From NCBI GenBank assembly GCA_002269645.1, contig NIVC01002012.1:1-64000 (forward strand): a DNA stretch of 64,000 nt, written 5' to 3'. Shown in pieces: positions 1 through 10,295 of the stretch. The notes below the pieces were generated by a model. It was not told where the DNA came from. It did no database searches and worked only from the letters and a program-made list of their open reading frames with translations. The DNA comes from Macrostomum lignano (taxonomy: Eukaryota). Position 1 is the first letter of the stretch. Each line of letters begins with the position of its first letter. The translations under genes were made by a program, and so were the position numbers.

Positions 1-2
1 TT

Positions 3-1728
3 GCACAATCGATTGCTGATAAAACCGTCAAAGACAGGTGCCTCAGCGAGGCCGCTCGCTTGTGCACAGCAGTTGACCAGTGGAATTCAATTACTCCGTT
101 GGTCAGTACGATTACCGATCAGCGACTCAAAGACGACTGTTGCGCTTGCATAGCGACGACTGACAATGAGCTTAAACACGCGGAGGAAGTCTTAAAACTC
201 GTGCAAATTATCGACAATTCAAAGCGGAAGGATTCGTGCTGTATTGAACTGAGTCGAACCGCGGCCAGCCTTGAGGACTGGGAGACGCATAAAAGTCTAC
301 TGAACTTAGTCTCGGATGCTAGCGTGCAGGATCGGTGCTGCGAAGAGGCTGCCATATGCGCCGCATCCATGGCCAATTGGGGGCAAGCCGTCCGATTGTG
401 TGGCGAAACTCAACGCTCCTCGGAATTGCGCAACAGCTGCCTGAGAGAGTTAGCTAAACTTGCCTTGGGCAGGCGTCGATACGACGTTGCCGAGGAAGTC
501 GCAGGCAAAATTTCTGATTGCGCAACTAAAAACTATTGCTATAGTGATACTGCCACTATGTCCGCTACCTGGGAAGACTGGGAAGATGCCGATAATTTAG
601 CAAAGCAAATTACTGACGGTTGTTTGAGAGACCAGTGTTATTCGAATATTGCACTAACTTGTTGTGCTGCTAAAAAATGGATCGAGGCTAATCGTTTCGG
701 GCAGAAAATTCGTGACCAGGACGTTAAGATCGCTGCTTCAAGGAATTGGCAGTCGGCGCCGCAAATGCTCAGCTGTGGGCAGAGGCAGATAAATTCGTAC
801 TCGAACTTTGCAAGTATGAAGTCCAGCTTACTTGCATTACTGAGGTGGCTAAGCTAGCTTCAACAGCTCAAGAGTGGGCTGTTGCACTGAGTGTTCTGCA
901 ACTGATATCGGAGCAGGACAATCGAGAACGAGGCTTCTATGATGTTTCTGTAAGCGCTGTTCATGCCGAAAATACTGAAGCTGCTGTTAATGCCTTATCG
1001 ATGATTCGTAATATAGAATTTCGCGATTTGTGCACTGTCGAGCTGGTGAAGCTTTCAGCCGTCACCGGCTTGGCAAATGTTGCCGAGATGGTGAAGTTGA
1101 CCTCTAGCAGAGACATTGCCGAGCTGTGCCGTTCTGATGCTATAAAAGCTGCAGCTTTAAGTGGCAGTTTCAACCTGTTGATGCAGCAACTACCACCGAA
1201 AGCCAGCGTGTTGAGCGTCTTTGATTTCGATAGCCGCGCTGGTAAACTCCAACCGTCTGAATGGCAGTTGCGAGGTCTCTCCAACTGCGCCATTGCTGCC
1301 GAGAGTGAGCAAACGATTACAAGACTACTGGACGACATGAAGCAGCTACACAGAATCCAACTGTTTGAAGAGTGCATCTCATTCGGCTACTCAGCCCTGG
1401 CCGTTTTGATTGTACCCCATCTCAACCAGGTGGATCAGAGAGACGAAAAAGGCAGTACCGCACTGATGCTAGCTACTGATGAGGATCGTCACGAGATTGT
1501 AAAAAGCCTGCTAGAAAGCGGAGCATCAGTGCAGGCCGCAGACAATCTGGGTCGAACTGCTTTGGCTCGAGCGTTTCTGTCTGGCAACATGAAGATCGCC
1601 AAGACTTTGATTGATAGTGGCTCCAACGTCCATCGCCGAGACCGCCAGGGCTTAACGTGTGCGCAGATGGCTGAAATGGCTGGACAACGAGAAGTGTTAC
1701 GCTTGTTAGACTATCGCAATTTAGAGAG
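3..1728 (+). CDS. Exon 1 (open at window edge) of the putative cGLR-ankyrin-caspase gene: about 11 copies of a 33-aa TPR-like helical repeat followed by about 3 ankyrin repeats; 1-nt frameshift at about 726-727
   Basis: The frame is open from nt 3 (AQSIADKTVKDRCLSEAA...). ORFs 60..857 and 746..1732 join if one A is added at gttaagatcgc (721-731), giving VKDRCFKELA, which matches the repeat consensus. Ankyrin motifs GSTALMLA, GRTALARA and GLTCAQMA are present. Donor AG|GTGACA at 1729. Confidence 0.8.
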
Positions 1729-1797
1729 GTGACATTCTAATTCATTTTTATAACTTATTATTAATTCCAATTTAAAAAGCGATCATTTGCATTTTAG

Positions 1798-2348
1798 CTC
1801 GAGTTTGACGGAAGCGTTTGTTGAAACTGCCACGGAAGATGAGTAAGAAACGAGCTTATACCTGAGCTGTCTTAAACTCGAAATTTTGTTGGAGGCGACT
1901 CTTTACGGGGATCTCTCCACGACACTTGCCTTTGAAAAAATTTTCTCAATAAAAAAACCCTTCAGAAGTTCGACGCCAGAAGAACTGAGCCTTGACCTGC
2001 ACCAGCGGCTTAACCAGGCTGGATTCACCAAGTCAGCCGCGATCAAGCAGCAAGCGCTTGCCTCTAATCTGGAAGCGGCAGCACAGGAGCAGTCGCTTGA
2101 GCACAGGCTACTCATTGGCAGCTGCATCGAGGGCTGGGGCTACGGAAATTTGGCACTGAAAACACCAACTGATGCAGCGGCTAAGCGTGACCGTTTAGGC
2201 ACAAATGACATTAACTGGACTGTTTTAGTCGGAGGTAAGAAGAAAATATTTCACTTGGCTGACGACTGCCAGTGCGAGTTTGCTGACGATGAAGAGCAGC
2301 AGCTGGAAGCGGTGAAGAACGGTCGCATTCATTTGCAATCGCGCATAG
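1798..2348 (+). CDS. Exon 2: N-lobe of a Mab-21/cGAS-like nucleotidyltransferase (GS motif, D-I-N); in-frame TAA at 1844-1846
   Basis: Acceptor ttttAG at 1796-1797, phase 2, matching the exon 1 donor. LIGSCIEGWG at 2111-2140 and NDINWTVLV at 2204-2230 resemble the hGS...DhD nucleotidyltransferase motif. Donor G|GTTAGT at 2349. Confidence 0.75.
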
Positions 2349-2892
2349 GTTAGTACGAGCTAGCTACATGTATTGGGCAAATTTTCGTAGAACACATCCT
2401 GGTATTAACCATTATACTAGCTGAGCTAAATACTTTGGCGGGGAGCGGGGACTGCCTTCCAAATTGTATTGGACCTAGAGGACCCTATTACGAGCTATCA
2501 AAAATGAACACTCGCAGGAAGTTAGTGGCCACCCTAGCGCAACGCATGGTCCCACAATCATCGGTAAGGCAATACTGCCCGCATTACGCCAGCGCGCGCA
2601 TGGACAATGTACACAGGCACGCACTCATGCCTGCAAGCATTCACACAGAATTCTATCACAAAATTACTAAATAGGAATTCCGCTCCTGTGGGGTTAAAGA
2701 TAGCACCATTGGCACCATATGGACAGTGCAAAACTCATCATTGCTTGCGGAAATCGGGTCAAAAAAATAATGGAGAAATATTTATTAAACTGGTTGCTGT
2801 TCTCATACGTGTCATAAATAAAGCAAAGCAACACAAAGGCATTGCTGCCCATTCCACCGACTCCCCTGAGCAGGCACACAAGCGCGCGGATA

Positions 2893-3034
2893 CGTACGCA
2901 GTCATGCGCATAGCAGTGTACAGCGGCCCTGACTTTCTAATTATCAGGAACTTGTACATTTCATAGTGCCGAATTAATTGGGGATTAGCCCTTATGTGCG
3001 TTAATTTCACAAGCAGACTCAAGCCGAGATTCCA
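2893..3034 (-). mobile_element. 5'-truncated copy of the SINE-like repeat also found at 48129..48361, lying in intron 2 of the caspase-fusion gene
   Basis: Collinear matches to 48129-48268, e.g. gtgtacagcggccctgacttt vs gtgtacagccgccctaacttt, and gcgttaatttcacaagcagactcaagccgagattcca vs gccgttaattgcacgagcagagccaagccgagattcca. Confidence 0.65.
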
Positions 3035-3080
3035 GTTTCTATGTTTTTCCATCATATTACCACCCACCATTAATTTTCAG

Positions 3081-4376
3081 GCCAAGTTCCCATCGTAACA
3101 AAAGGCTGCAGCACCCGGCCGCAACAGACAACATGTCACGCCTTCCGCTGTTGTAGCTGCTATCGTGCGGATCGAGTCCGCTTGCTCCTGCCGGCAGCAA
3201 GCGCGGAGCCTGTGCACCTGATCAGAACGATTGCAACCAGCTCAACTAGAGAGCTACAGATCAGCTTTAGCAATCAGGAAAGGAAAATTATGCAGTCCCT
3301 GTGCACAGTTCAGGGCCAGCTATTCGTCTTGATCAAATTCATTTTTGTAGAACTGCTGCCAAATCGATTCTCAACTACTGGCTTGAGCAGCTATCACGCG
3401 AAGACGCTGCTATTTCACATGATGGAGAAGCACAGGCTCAATATCGAATGCTGGCAGCCTACGCACTTGATCCAGCTACTACAAGAGTCGCTCAGTTTGA
3501 TGCTGCAGTTCTTTGATTCTAATGCTTCATCGGACATCTGCATGCCGCACTTCTTCATACCGGATGTGATGCTTCAATTCCGAAATGCCGGTCTTGGAGG
3601 CGACTTTCAGCGCACCAAAGAAAAGGTTAGGCAGCTACTTCAAGAATTCGTTGGGGAAATCGAAGCAGTTGTTAGCATGATTGTCGAGTGCGTTCGACCG
3701 GCTGAATTTCGCTGTAATCTCTTCACTCTGCTGCCTCTAATGCGCCGTCAGAGATGATCATCCCGACAGGCAACCTACCGAATTTCGAGCATCCAGTAAA
3801 AATTTTCAACTTTGTTTTTCAATGCTTGAAGCTGTTAGAATCGAAGGAAGACTTCGGTAGCGAAGAGAAGCTGATGCGTTGCGTGTCAACTTTGCCAGAA
3901 TCGTGCGTCTGTGTTAGCACCTGTCTGAATGTGATGCTTTCCTTGAGAGCGAACAAGTTCAAGGAGGCTGAGAGAGTGTTAATCCGATGGACAAGATGGT
4001 TGGAAGAAAATAGAATCGAAAACTTTGAGAATCAACACTACCAATTCTGTTTGCCGTTTGACGAAGAGCCCAAGTTTCATTATCTTCCGACATTCACTCA
4101 ATCCTTATTCTCGTTTCAAAGGACAAATAAGGTCTCTACACATCTTTATGTGAATTTCCGCTGCCTGTGCTGGAGTCTGCAAGCCGAAATTGTTTCCAAT
4201 CACAGGTTGGACAGCTGGTTTGCGGCTATGCAGACGGATTTCGACTATCTTGAATTGCTAGCTTTGGCTCACTACAGCAACTATAAACAGCATACGGACT
4301 TCTGCATTGGCAAATCTGCGATTTTTGAAGACGGAGCGCGAGTTGCAATTGAAGTTGCCGATGAGAACCGAATTGA
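3081..4376 (+). CDS. Exon 3: Mab-21/cGAS-like C-lobe plus helical extension; 1-nt frameshift at about 3739-3740
   Basis: Acceptor ttttcAG at 3079-3080 (phase 1) is in frame with ORF 3182..3757. Mab-21 C-terminal signatures: ISFSNQE, LIKFIF, LSSYHAKTLLF, WQPTHL, MPHFFIPD. Adding one A at ctaatgcg links it to ORF 3754..4380. Donor GA|GTGAGT at 4377. Confidence 0.85.
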
Positions 4377-5003
4377 GTGAGTTCGTGTTAATAGCCACAT
4401 TTAGTTTTGTGCTACATTTACATGTATAAGTAAAAAAAATCACATACTGTATATGTACATGCGCGAACCGATCCAGGTATTGCACACTTCGGTACGAAAG
4501 TCGGAAACATTATGGATATCTGATTCGCCACTCTGTAGCTATAGTCGTCAGCAAGAAATAATCCCCTTGTCTTAACCCCATGTTCATGTAACTCATGCTG
4601 TCACGTGGCACAGGAAGTTAAACAATGTCTTTTTCGATTTAGGTAGAGTTTGAAGGTACCCCATCTTAACTGGACCGTGAAGTCCTCCCAAGATGAACTT
4701 CATCGAGCATGATTTGGATTTCATAAAGAAAAGAATTTAGCAGAATGCCTCTCAGAACGCTGAACATTTGTTATACTGGTTTGGCCCAAGAGTTCGACAA
4801 CCGGTTCCTTATCATAGGGTGACGTAACGAGTGACGGCCCTTTTGAATGCTCATAATTCTTTCACATGCTTTCTAACACTTTGCATTGAGTAAGGGGCAA
4901 TTTAGCTGTTGTTGAGTATACTTATCAGCCACTCTCGAAACCAACAAAAATTATACTAATTTGAAAAAAAACTAATTGAGCTCCTTCATTCGAATTTTCG
5001 CAG

Positions 5004-5424
5004 GTATCCAAACGACTGGTCCGAAGAGTACCTACTGCTTCGCTGCCAACGACTCGCCGGTCACAACGAACCGCTGGCCCATCAACGCCAGTTCGAGCCG
5101 TTCGACGAAACCCTGCTAACGATAGCTGTCAAGCGAAACAGCGTCGCATGTCTTGAAGCTCTGCTGTCGGGTGCTGCAGCCACTTCAATTGTGTCTGACC
5201 AGCCTGTTGATGTCTTCGGTCGAACTGCCCTGTGGTGGGCTTGTAAACGTGGACGGCTCGAAATTTTTGCGCAGCTGCTTCAAGCCACTGCATCCTCACC
5301 TTCATCAATTATCAATCGAGTGGATAACAGCGGCCTAACACCTCTGATGCTAGCCGTAGTTGAAGGCCATGATCGAGTGGTGGATTTAATGGCTAAACAG
5401 CCTTCCATTGATCTAAACAAAATG
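5004..5424 (+). CDS. Exon 4: ankyrin repeats
   Basis: Acceptor ttttcgcAG at 5002-5003 (phase 2). Reads YPNDWSEEY...ETLLTIAVKRNSVACLEALL...GRTALWWACKRGRLEIFAQLL...GLTPLMLAVVEGH. Donor GTAAAT at 5425. Confidence 0.85.
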
Positions 5425-5507
5425 GTAAATATAAGTTGATAAAGGTAGAGTTATTTGTTAGGCTAGTTTAGTAGTTATTATTCCTATATATTTACCTCAA
5501 CTTGCAG

Positions 5508-5830
5508 GATCTGGTCCGCAGCACCGCACTGACGCATGCGTGCCGGTGTGGTCGAGTGAATATTGTGGACTTACTGCTTCAAAATGGCGCCAGTGCAGCT
5601 CCTGGCATAGGAAGCGACAATGCAGAAACTTCTAGTTTCGGTTCACTCTCTGGCATAGCAACGCCACTAATTTGGGCAGCCAGACGAGGTCACAAGAGTG
5701 TGATAGTAAAGCTCACACCATTTCTAAAACACCTTGAAGACTGGCAGGCTGTGGACGAGTACGAGCGTACTGCACTGCAATCTGCCGAGTTTTTTGGTCA
5801 TCAAGAGTGCGCTGATTATATTAGAACGTG
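5508..5830 (+). CDS. Exon 5: ankyrin repeats
   Basis: Acceptor cttgcAG at 5506-5507 (phase 0). STALTHACRCGRVNIVDLLLQNGA, ATPLIWAARRGH, RTALQSAEFFGHQECADYI. Donor TG|GTAAGT at 5831. Confidence 0.85.
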
Positions 5831-5994
5831 GTAAGTTTCTCACGCATAACGACATATCAGAAGACTTTCACTGTCTGGTTATCGACAAACTGTATTCCGC
5901 TGGGTGCTTTCCAACTGGCTTCCAGTCTCAACCTATCAACCTTAACCTGATTGTTGATGGTTTGACTTTCACTCTCTGGTTGTTGATAGTTTGT

Positions 5995-6103
<109 letters not shown>

Positions 6104-6282
6104 TGTTGATGGTTTGTCTTTAACTCTCAGATTTTTTATAGTTTGTCTTATTTTGTCTTCTTATTTGTATACAGTGTTCGTAAGTATACAAATAATAATA
6201 CTACATGTATATACAAACATTTACATACTACCTGACGAAAATCAAACCCTTTGAAATAAACTTCTGTTGATTTTTTCCCAAG

Positions 6283-7150
6283 CATCCGGAAGTTTGCCGC
6301 GGACGCATCGATCTCCGAACCTTCGTCGCAGCCACCAGAAGGCGGTGGTGATGAGAACGGAAGCGGCGCAACTGGCAACAATTCCGAGCAGAACGCCGGC
6401 GGTGAAAGTGGCAGTTCATCCGGCTCAGGCGAGGGCAACCAGGGCGATCCTCCACCTCCGATTGAACCGCCCCGATATGAAATAAGAACAGACAATCACC
6501 GGCGCTTAGCAATTGTCATTAACAATGTTAGATTTGGGTATGACTCAGACGCATCCACGAGAGACGGAGCACAACTCGACGACACGAAGGTGGTTGATAT
6601 GCTTCTTAAACTTGGCTTTCACAGTCCTCAGACAATGAAAAATGCCAGAAGGTTGTCTATGCGGTCTATCGGCTTTGAAGACAGAGAGCTTCAAGAGTGC
6701 GATGTGTTTCTATTGCTTGTCATGTCTCACGGTTATCTAGGCCACATTGAATCGTCCGATGGTTTTTATCTTAACCTTGAGATCGACCTCTTTAGAAGAT
6801 TTCGACAACTGGAAGGTCTCAAAAACAAACCTAAGCTGTTTTTAGTACAGTCGTGCAGGCAAGTTTCAGCCACACAGCAGCCGGAGGTTGCTGTTGAAAT
6901 CGTAAGTCCGGAGGACTGCCTGTACTTTTACAGCACAGCCGAGGGTGGCTTGTCCGAACGGCACTCGCAACTTGGTAGCCCGTTTGTCCAGTCCGTGCTC
7001 AAAGTCTGTCTCGCCGACCGATCGCGCAGAGCAGGGCTTCTAGACTTAACGGCGAGAGTGATTGACGAAGTCCAAAAACTAACAAATGGCCGCCAAATAC
7101 CGTGCTTGATTTCTACGCTGAATAAAGAAGTGAATCTGCGTCGGAATTGA
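6283..7150 (+). CDS. Exon 6: Gly/Ser/Pro-rich linker plus caspase (peptidase C14A) p20/p10 domain
   Basis: Acceptor ttttttcccaAG at 6281-6282 (phase 2), then an open frame to TGA at 7148-7150. Motifs: YEIRTDNHRRLAIVINN, TRDGAQLD, LLKLGF, LLVMSHG (His codon 6728-6730), KPKLFLVQSCR (Cys codon 6854-6856), DCLYFYST, SERHSQLGSPFVQ, QIPCLISTLNK. Confidence 0.9.
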
Positions 7151-7311
7151 GACTAAATGCAACTCCATCGTTAACTGTACTTTTTGTCATTCACAAAACT
7201 TAACGTACGGATATAATTTATAGCCTGTGATTTTTGCAAACAATTTATTCTTATCCAGGGGTCAGAAAAGTAATTAAATTGCTTTTCTACTCAACTCTTT
7301 CAATCTCTCTA

Positions 7312-7416
<105 letters not shown>

Positions 7417-8979
7417 GCCTGACGAAGAGCCCAGAGGCTCGAAACCGGTAGCCCATATTCATTTTTTTTAAACACGCCATGACCTCTCTTCTCTCTCTCT
7501 ACCTAGCTCTCTCTCTCTCTTTGGGCCCCCTCTTGAGACTCTTCCTATCCTCTCCCCTCTGAGCTCGCTTACTGCCGCGACGAAGAGTAAACATAGTCGA
7601 AATAGGCAGCATTAAATTTATTGACTTCATCAGCTCTTTTTTCACCGTGTCTGGACAGCGTCTGGTGGTGCCTCTTCTCTCCCCCCTCTCTCCCTCTTTC
7701 TCTACACCTATCTTTCTCCTTCCAGTGATCCTCTCCTCTCCCCTCTGTGCTGTCTCTTCCGTCTCGATCATTTTCTCTTTCCTCTCTCTTCTGTCTCGTC
7801 TCCCTTCTTTCTCTCCCTTCCCCCTCTCTTTCTCAGCTCTCGATCTGCTCTCTTCTCTCCCTTCTTTTCTCTCCTCATACTGTGTGTACAGTTAATTAGT
7901 GCTCCAGTAAGTGTATGTTTCTTAAGCTGCATATTCGTCAAGTCGGTTAGCATTGCTCAGTTGATCATACATTTATAATGTATTTTTTATTGATTTACCT
8001 TAATGCACCGAATTTAGATTGTCGTCTTTTGTTTAGGATTTGATATATTCTTATGATGGCTATAAGTTATCAAAATTGCGCAATATCATTTATGTGTATA
8101 ACCTCAGCAATTATATTATCATTCGCCCAACTAATCATTTAAAGTACTATAAATTTCAATAAAAAATTTGCCCTTTGCATCTTAACTTGATTAATCTTAA
8201 TTGTTATGTACATGTACATGCATGTACCGTAGCTCGTAGACGCAATAGCGGTTGATTTCTTGACTAATAACAAAACAATAAAGAATAATTTGCGACCTAC
8301 ATGTTTAAAGCGAGTGATTCAATCGACTTAGTATTTGCGTTTTCAATTTTGTTTTTGATGTACATGTACATGTACAGTGTTCAAGAGCGTCAGAGCCTGT
8401 CAAGAGCCTGTCCGTCGATCCTGTGGGCGACTCCGTATGGCAGCAACAAACATACGGCGCGCCACCGGTGGAACTGCGATCCGTGAGTGAGACCGTGGAA
8501 AGAAGGGTGGAGGCCGCGAGTGAGACTGTGATCCGGTGAAACCGCACCATAAATGACAAAATAAAGGTTTTATAATGCATGCAGATTCTAGCAGTAGTGT
8601 AGAGGGTTACCCACTGTACAGGTTGAATACAATCCACTTCGGTAGCAGCCACTTTAGTAACAAAAAATGACATGCATGCATCACGCAATGACATACATGT
8701 ACATGCATATATGTAGATCAGCAAAATTAGAGAAATTCGCAATCATTGTTTAATTACCTGGTGCCACTCGTTCAATTTCCACTGGAGTGAAGGCCCATTA
8801 TACTGCAGAATTCCAACTTACATGTACATGTGAGAGCTGATTCAAACATCACAATTACTTTGACTTTACATGTAATTAACTTGCAAGTGATGGATTTTGA
8901 CCTTTCGGCCCCCTTGTGGGGAAGCCTTCGGGCCTCAGGTCTCAGAAATAAATCAATTAGAGTCCTGGCCCCCCACTCC

Positions 8980-10295
8980 TGTCAGATGGTCAGCCCTATG
9001 GTAGCTTGATCGTGTGGCGAGCAGTCTAGGTCCTATAGCTAAGAGAGGGACAGCGAGAGACAAGCAGGGAGAATTTTGAAGGTAGAAATTAGTTAATCCG
9101 CAGATTAGCTAGCTCGCTGCCACCAGCCCGTGCGTTTTGGCTCACCACACCGGGACTCTCGAAATCTGGCTTCCGACTAGAAGGGGCTTAGCACTTACCT
9201 GCCAACTAGTGTCTTTTTGCTGTCAATCTCGAAGTCATAGCCGATGATAAGGGACACTGCTGGGACTAGATCGCATTGGCCATGCAGGTACAGAGGGGAC
9301 TTGTGCAGGGGATTCTTGCAGTGGCGAGACTTATGGGGTAGCTAACGCGCCAAACAGCCTCTCCTAGCGCTGATGATAGGCTAACTCGAACATCAGAGAC
9401 CGCATGATTCATCACCCGAGCCGCTTGTCTAACATAGAGTGCACAGAGTACATCTCTGGAGCCGATTCTGCACTATTGGCAATTTCGCTAACTGATTTGA
9501 TAGATTGATCGACTGAGAACTGCCTTGCCATTGGTCCACTGTGACAGGCGCCTACTAGCTTAGCTATTCATCCGAGCCATCGGCGAACAAAGAAATAAAA
9601 CCGATAAAAATAACTGTCAGATTTAACCTTCTCCTCAGATCACTTCACACTTCAGATTCAATTAGAGTTTTAGACTACTAAAAGTATCATTGAATGACTT
9701 CTGCCTCAGCAACAGCACTACTGAACAAAAAGAGCAAAAGTGTGCGCCTAATCCAGCTACTGAAACAGGGGACAGATAAGGGAATCACCCAATCAAGCAA
9801 GTCTAGGCAGCTATAGCCTCTCACCCAACCAATCAGAAACTCAACAGCCGGAGACCAGGTAATCCACAGTGACCGAATCGGCTTAGTGCTTCGCAGCTGT
9901 AGACCCGGGATGGTGCTGATGTCACGGTCTTCGCAGATAGCTAGCAGGTGATGCTCTTAACTAATTTAATGTTTGCTGCTGATGACCGGAGGAATTCGTC
10001 CTTGATGATGAGGGGGGAGGTCGCAATCCGGGGATCAAGAAACGACGGTCGCGCTCCGGGACGTCTCAATCTAGGCTATGTCCCAGGAGGAGTTGGTCCA
10101 GGCGGGCCAAAAACACCGGTTTAAATAGCCGCCAACTGGACCGCAGTTTGTTATAATGGAACACGTCAATTCTGATTGGCTGAGCCGATTTGCTAAAATG
10201 AGCGTCGAATTTTCTGATTGTCAAAGCTGGTTTCTACCCAGAATCACGTGACCGCGAGATCCTATCAGTTCCCTCGGGGTGGTAAAAACATGACA
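8980..10295 (-). mobile_element. LTR-like segment (candidate solo LTR)
   Basis: Inverted termini TGTCA (8980) and TGACA (10291-10295). Minus-strand TATA-like TATTTAAA near 10122-10129 with CCAAT boxes upstream. No long ORF. No target-site duplication found (flanks ctcc and ggtg). Confidence 0.35.

Noticed and set aside
9199-9341. DLVPA peptide as a second cGAS/OAS-like nucleotidyltransferase fragment
   Set aside because: Five-residue match in a 47-codon frame with no GS or DhD motif; likely chance.
9980-10010. CTGATGA as a hammerhead ribozyme core
   Set aside because: No GAAA after a stem II and no flanking stems.
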